Of a stretch of DNA of 64,000 nt, positions 61,522-64,000 are shown piece after piece; position 1 is the first letter of the stretch; each line of letters begins with the position of its first letter. Under the pieces are notes generated by a model, which had not been told where the DNA came from, made no database searches, and saw nothing but the letters and a program-made list of their open reading frames with translations. The position numbers and the translations under genes are program-made. The stretch comes from Botryllus schlosseri (Eukaryota), in NCBI GenBank assembly GCA_051294905.1, contig CM119371.1, positions 558,001 to 622,000 of the forward strand, written 5' to 3'.

Positions 61522-64000
61522 CAGTGATGAGCATCGGACGGACTCGGATAGCATTCGGACCGGATATTAGACAATTTTGTGGCAGTCGGATAGGATTCGG
61601 ATATTATCGCAGATTATTTTTTGGATATTGTCGGATAGTTGTAACTTTTGATACGGATATTTCCGGATAGTTGTAACCAGATGTGAGATTTCATTACAGG
61701 CCCATAGAAAGAAGTCATTGATTCAATAACCAAATACAGACAGCTGACACCTTGCGATATGAATTGTAGCAGTCTAAAATGTTTGTCAAGAGTCCAAGAA
61801 AATACAAATAAACTATCGCAACTACCATTCTTACCATTCAAGAGTAGACCATACTATAAGGTCAGCCATGTTATCACATTTATTTGCTAAAATACATCTA
61901 GTATACCATATTTGCCAGTCTAACGATATATAATATGCGAACTGATAAAAGATGGTATGATTAGACATGAGCTCTCCTGACATAGTTATCATCAGTACAG
62001 TATTCTCGCTGAGCAGTTTCTGAAGTTCACAAAATTGAAGGTTTTGTTTCAACATCGGTCGCAGAACTGCATTTGCTTTCCACCTTGACATGTAGTTTTT
62101 GAACCCATAGCTGACGAATGTCACAATAGGGCATACAATATCCAGAATCCTCAAAGTAGTTGTTGCAGCAGTTTTCTGTAGATAAATATAAGACAAATCC
62201 ATCTTTGCATACTTTGTTGCATGACTGATTTTCATGCTACCACAGTAGTTGTATGATACCCTTTCAATCAGCACTATATACAGCGGTGCTTGTGTGCTAT
62301 GGCACAATCTTTAGCTACCATGAGTCTTCCGGCAGTTCATGATCATAACGGAATATATCCCGATGACGTTCAACAATGTAATAACTCCATTTTGTGAGAA
62401 GGTATTCCCAGTGTAGACTTGGACTTTGCGTCAGCTTGCATGTCGAGTTGACAGCTACCGTACCCACACACTTGTAGCCCGACCAATCAAATAAGAATAT
62501 GCATACAAACATATACAAGTAACTTCCTGCAGTCAGAAAATTATATAGAAAGTTATATAAAAAGATATGTACACAGATAAAATGTATGATAATTATTATA
62601 ACGGTGCCTCGACTATACAGTAGCCTACCGTCCTCTTTGAAATCATTCAAGATACATGCAGATTACAATCCATACCTTACTAAGGTAAACTAATAACATA
62701 TAACAAGGCTATGAAATCCAGAATTTCTATATACAGTTACAACGAAACCCAAACCCATTCAACTCCTGCTTAAACTTCCCTTCCTTCAGCAGTTATCTTT
62801 TCTCCAATATGATTGACGGAATCAATCATCTAGAACCACTGAGCCATATAAACAAAAGCGGTTAGTTTTTTTTCAACCAATGGTCTGTTCATGTAAATTT
62901 GCTTTCAGTTTAAGAATTGTGAAAAAAACTTCGGCGTTATTATGGTGCTTTTCTATATGATTTAAACGAGAGACCATGTAAACAGCTTAAAAGTCAACAC
63001 CAAGGAGTGGTGATCAGTGCGTTAGGGATGCGTCATTTCTCTTGAGTGGGGCTCCATCAACTGTTCGAAATGTACTCCGTACCGTACAGTTTACTTTGTA
63101 TTATTTGAAGACCTCGAATATTGTCAAACTGCTCGTGCTGTCTGTGTTTCGTTTCTCCGTAATAATGGATCAATGAGGAAAGTCGACGTCTTGAGAGATA
63201 GCAAAGCAAGAGTGAAGTATGGAGAGATTGCATCCTGATTTATGGGACACTGCCTCTGCAATAATTGCTATGTTCAAGTGAAACATAACTTTTCAAGTGG
63301 TCCAATTCACCTTACAAATCATATCCGAAAGGCCAAGGATACAGCACAGTTGGAGATAAGTTTCTTCTCTTCCAATATACAAGTCGCCAAGACAACTACT
63401 GACCTGCTATTGGTCACTGGAGAGGAGATTTGGACAGCTATTGAGCGACATTCAGGATGGGGCTATTATTGACATTTTGTGTGACTCGACTATAAGCGTC
63501 GTGCTCAAAACTTTGAACTGATTGACCAAAGGTATTATAAGCATCAGCAAGTTTCTACTGAACAGGCCTTCACACATTGCAGCATTTGTGGGTACATGCG
63601 GATTATCTGCATCCAATATTGACCATCTGAGATTGTAAAATTCCATGGTTACAACTTGCTACTATCACTTCTTGATATTGGGTAATATGGTTAAATGCCT
63701 TATTGCTATATATGGCCATAGCCTAATAATCTGTCATTTTTAGTTTTCTTTTGATCCGAGATACCACTTTCATTTGCACACTTACTTTAAATTAGTAGCG
63801 TTGTTTCTTCGCGTTAACGTTCCTATAATTAAAAAATTCCAATTTTTGTTCTGTTTGTTTTTGTTCATTCCATAGATACAATTTGTGATCTTTTAGTGCA
63901 AAACCATATAAGCTCAGCTGTACAATTGATATTCTGCGATATCATTATTTGATAAGGATTTTTCGGATTCTTGTATGAGATTTTCGGATAATGTCGGATA
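61522..64000. mobile_element. hAT-like element with CGGATA subterminal repeats, right end probably beyond the window
   Basis: Starts CAGTGATGAGCATCGGA right after the GTGTGCAT TSD; CGGATA repeats at 61540-61670 and again at 63960-64000. Confidence 0.55.

Noticed and set aside
63550..63610. HVPTNAAMCEGLFS on the minus strand as a hAT dimerisation motif
   Set aside because: Single short, imperfect match with no supporting transposase motifs in a consistent position.
12578..64000. The many 60-160 aa ORFs in the host region and antisense ORFs over Polinton genes
   Set aside because: No recognisable motifs; most start at non-ATG codons and lie within MITEs or opposite real genes.

Overview
AT-rich animal (probably invertebrate) genomic DNA in two parts. 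Bases 1-12577 are the right-hand ~12.6 kb of an integrated Polinton/Maverick (adintovirus-type) element, all on the + strand. It carries a protein-primed DNA polymerase B (with putative OTU-like protease, Zn-finger, exonuclease and VSR-like nuclease segments), two paralogous unknown genes, a packaging ATPase, a retroviral-type integrase with chromodomain, a small membrane protein, three tandem minor-capsid (penton-like) genes, a basic core-like protein, the major capsid protein and an adenain-like protease. It ends at an ...ACTACT terminus; the left end lies before the window. Three lesions (two homopolymer frameshifts, one nonsense codon) suggest recent inactivation or partial assembly error. 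The most unusual aspect is its apparent expression design: short GT-AG introns upstream of the polymerase, splice acceptors directly in front of three start codons, an intron whose removal reveals a hidden paralog, and repeated ATGA stop/start overlaps. Bases 12578-64000 are repeat-dense host DNA: many nested non-autonomous hAT elements with 8-bp TSDs (two cases of different elements sharing one TSD), a long-TIR foldback element with a 7-bp TSD containing a second palindromic element, tRNA-derived SINEs, an intronless three-BIR IAP pseudogene split by a 3.4 kb insertion, and a few exons of a decayed minus-strand host gene. All calls come from reading motifs by eye; no database searches were run.
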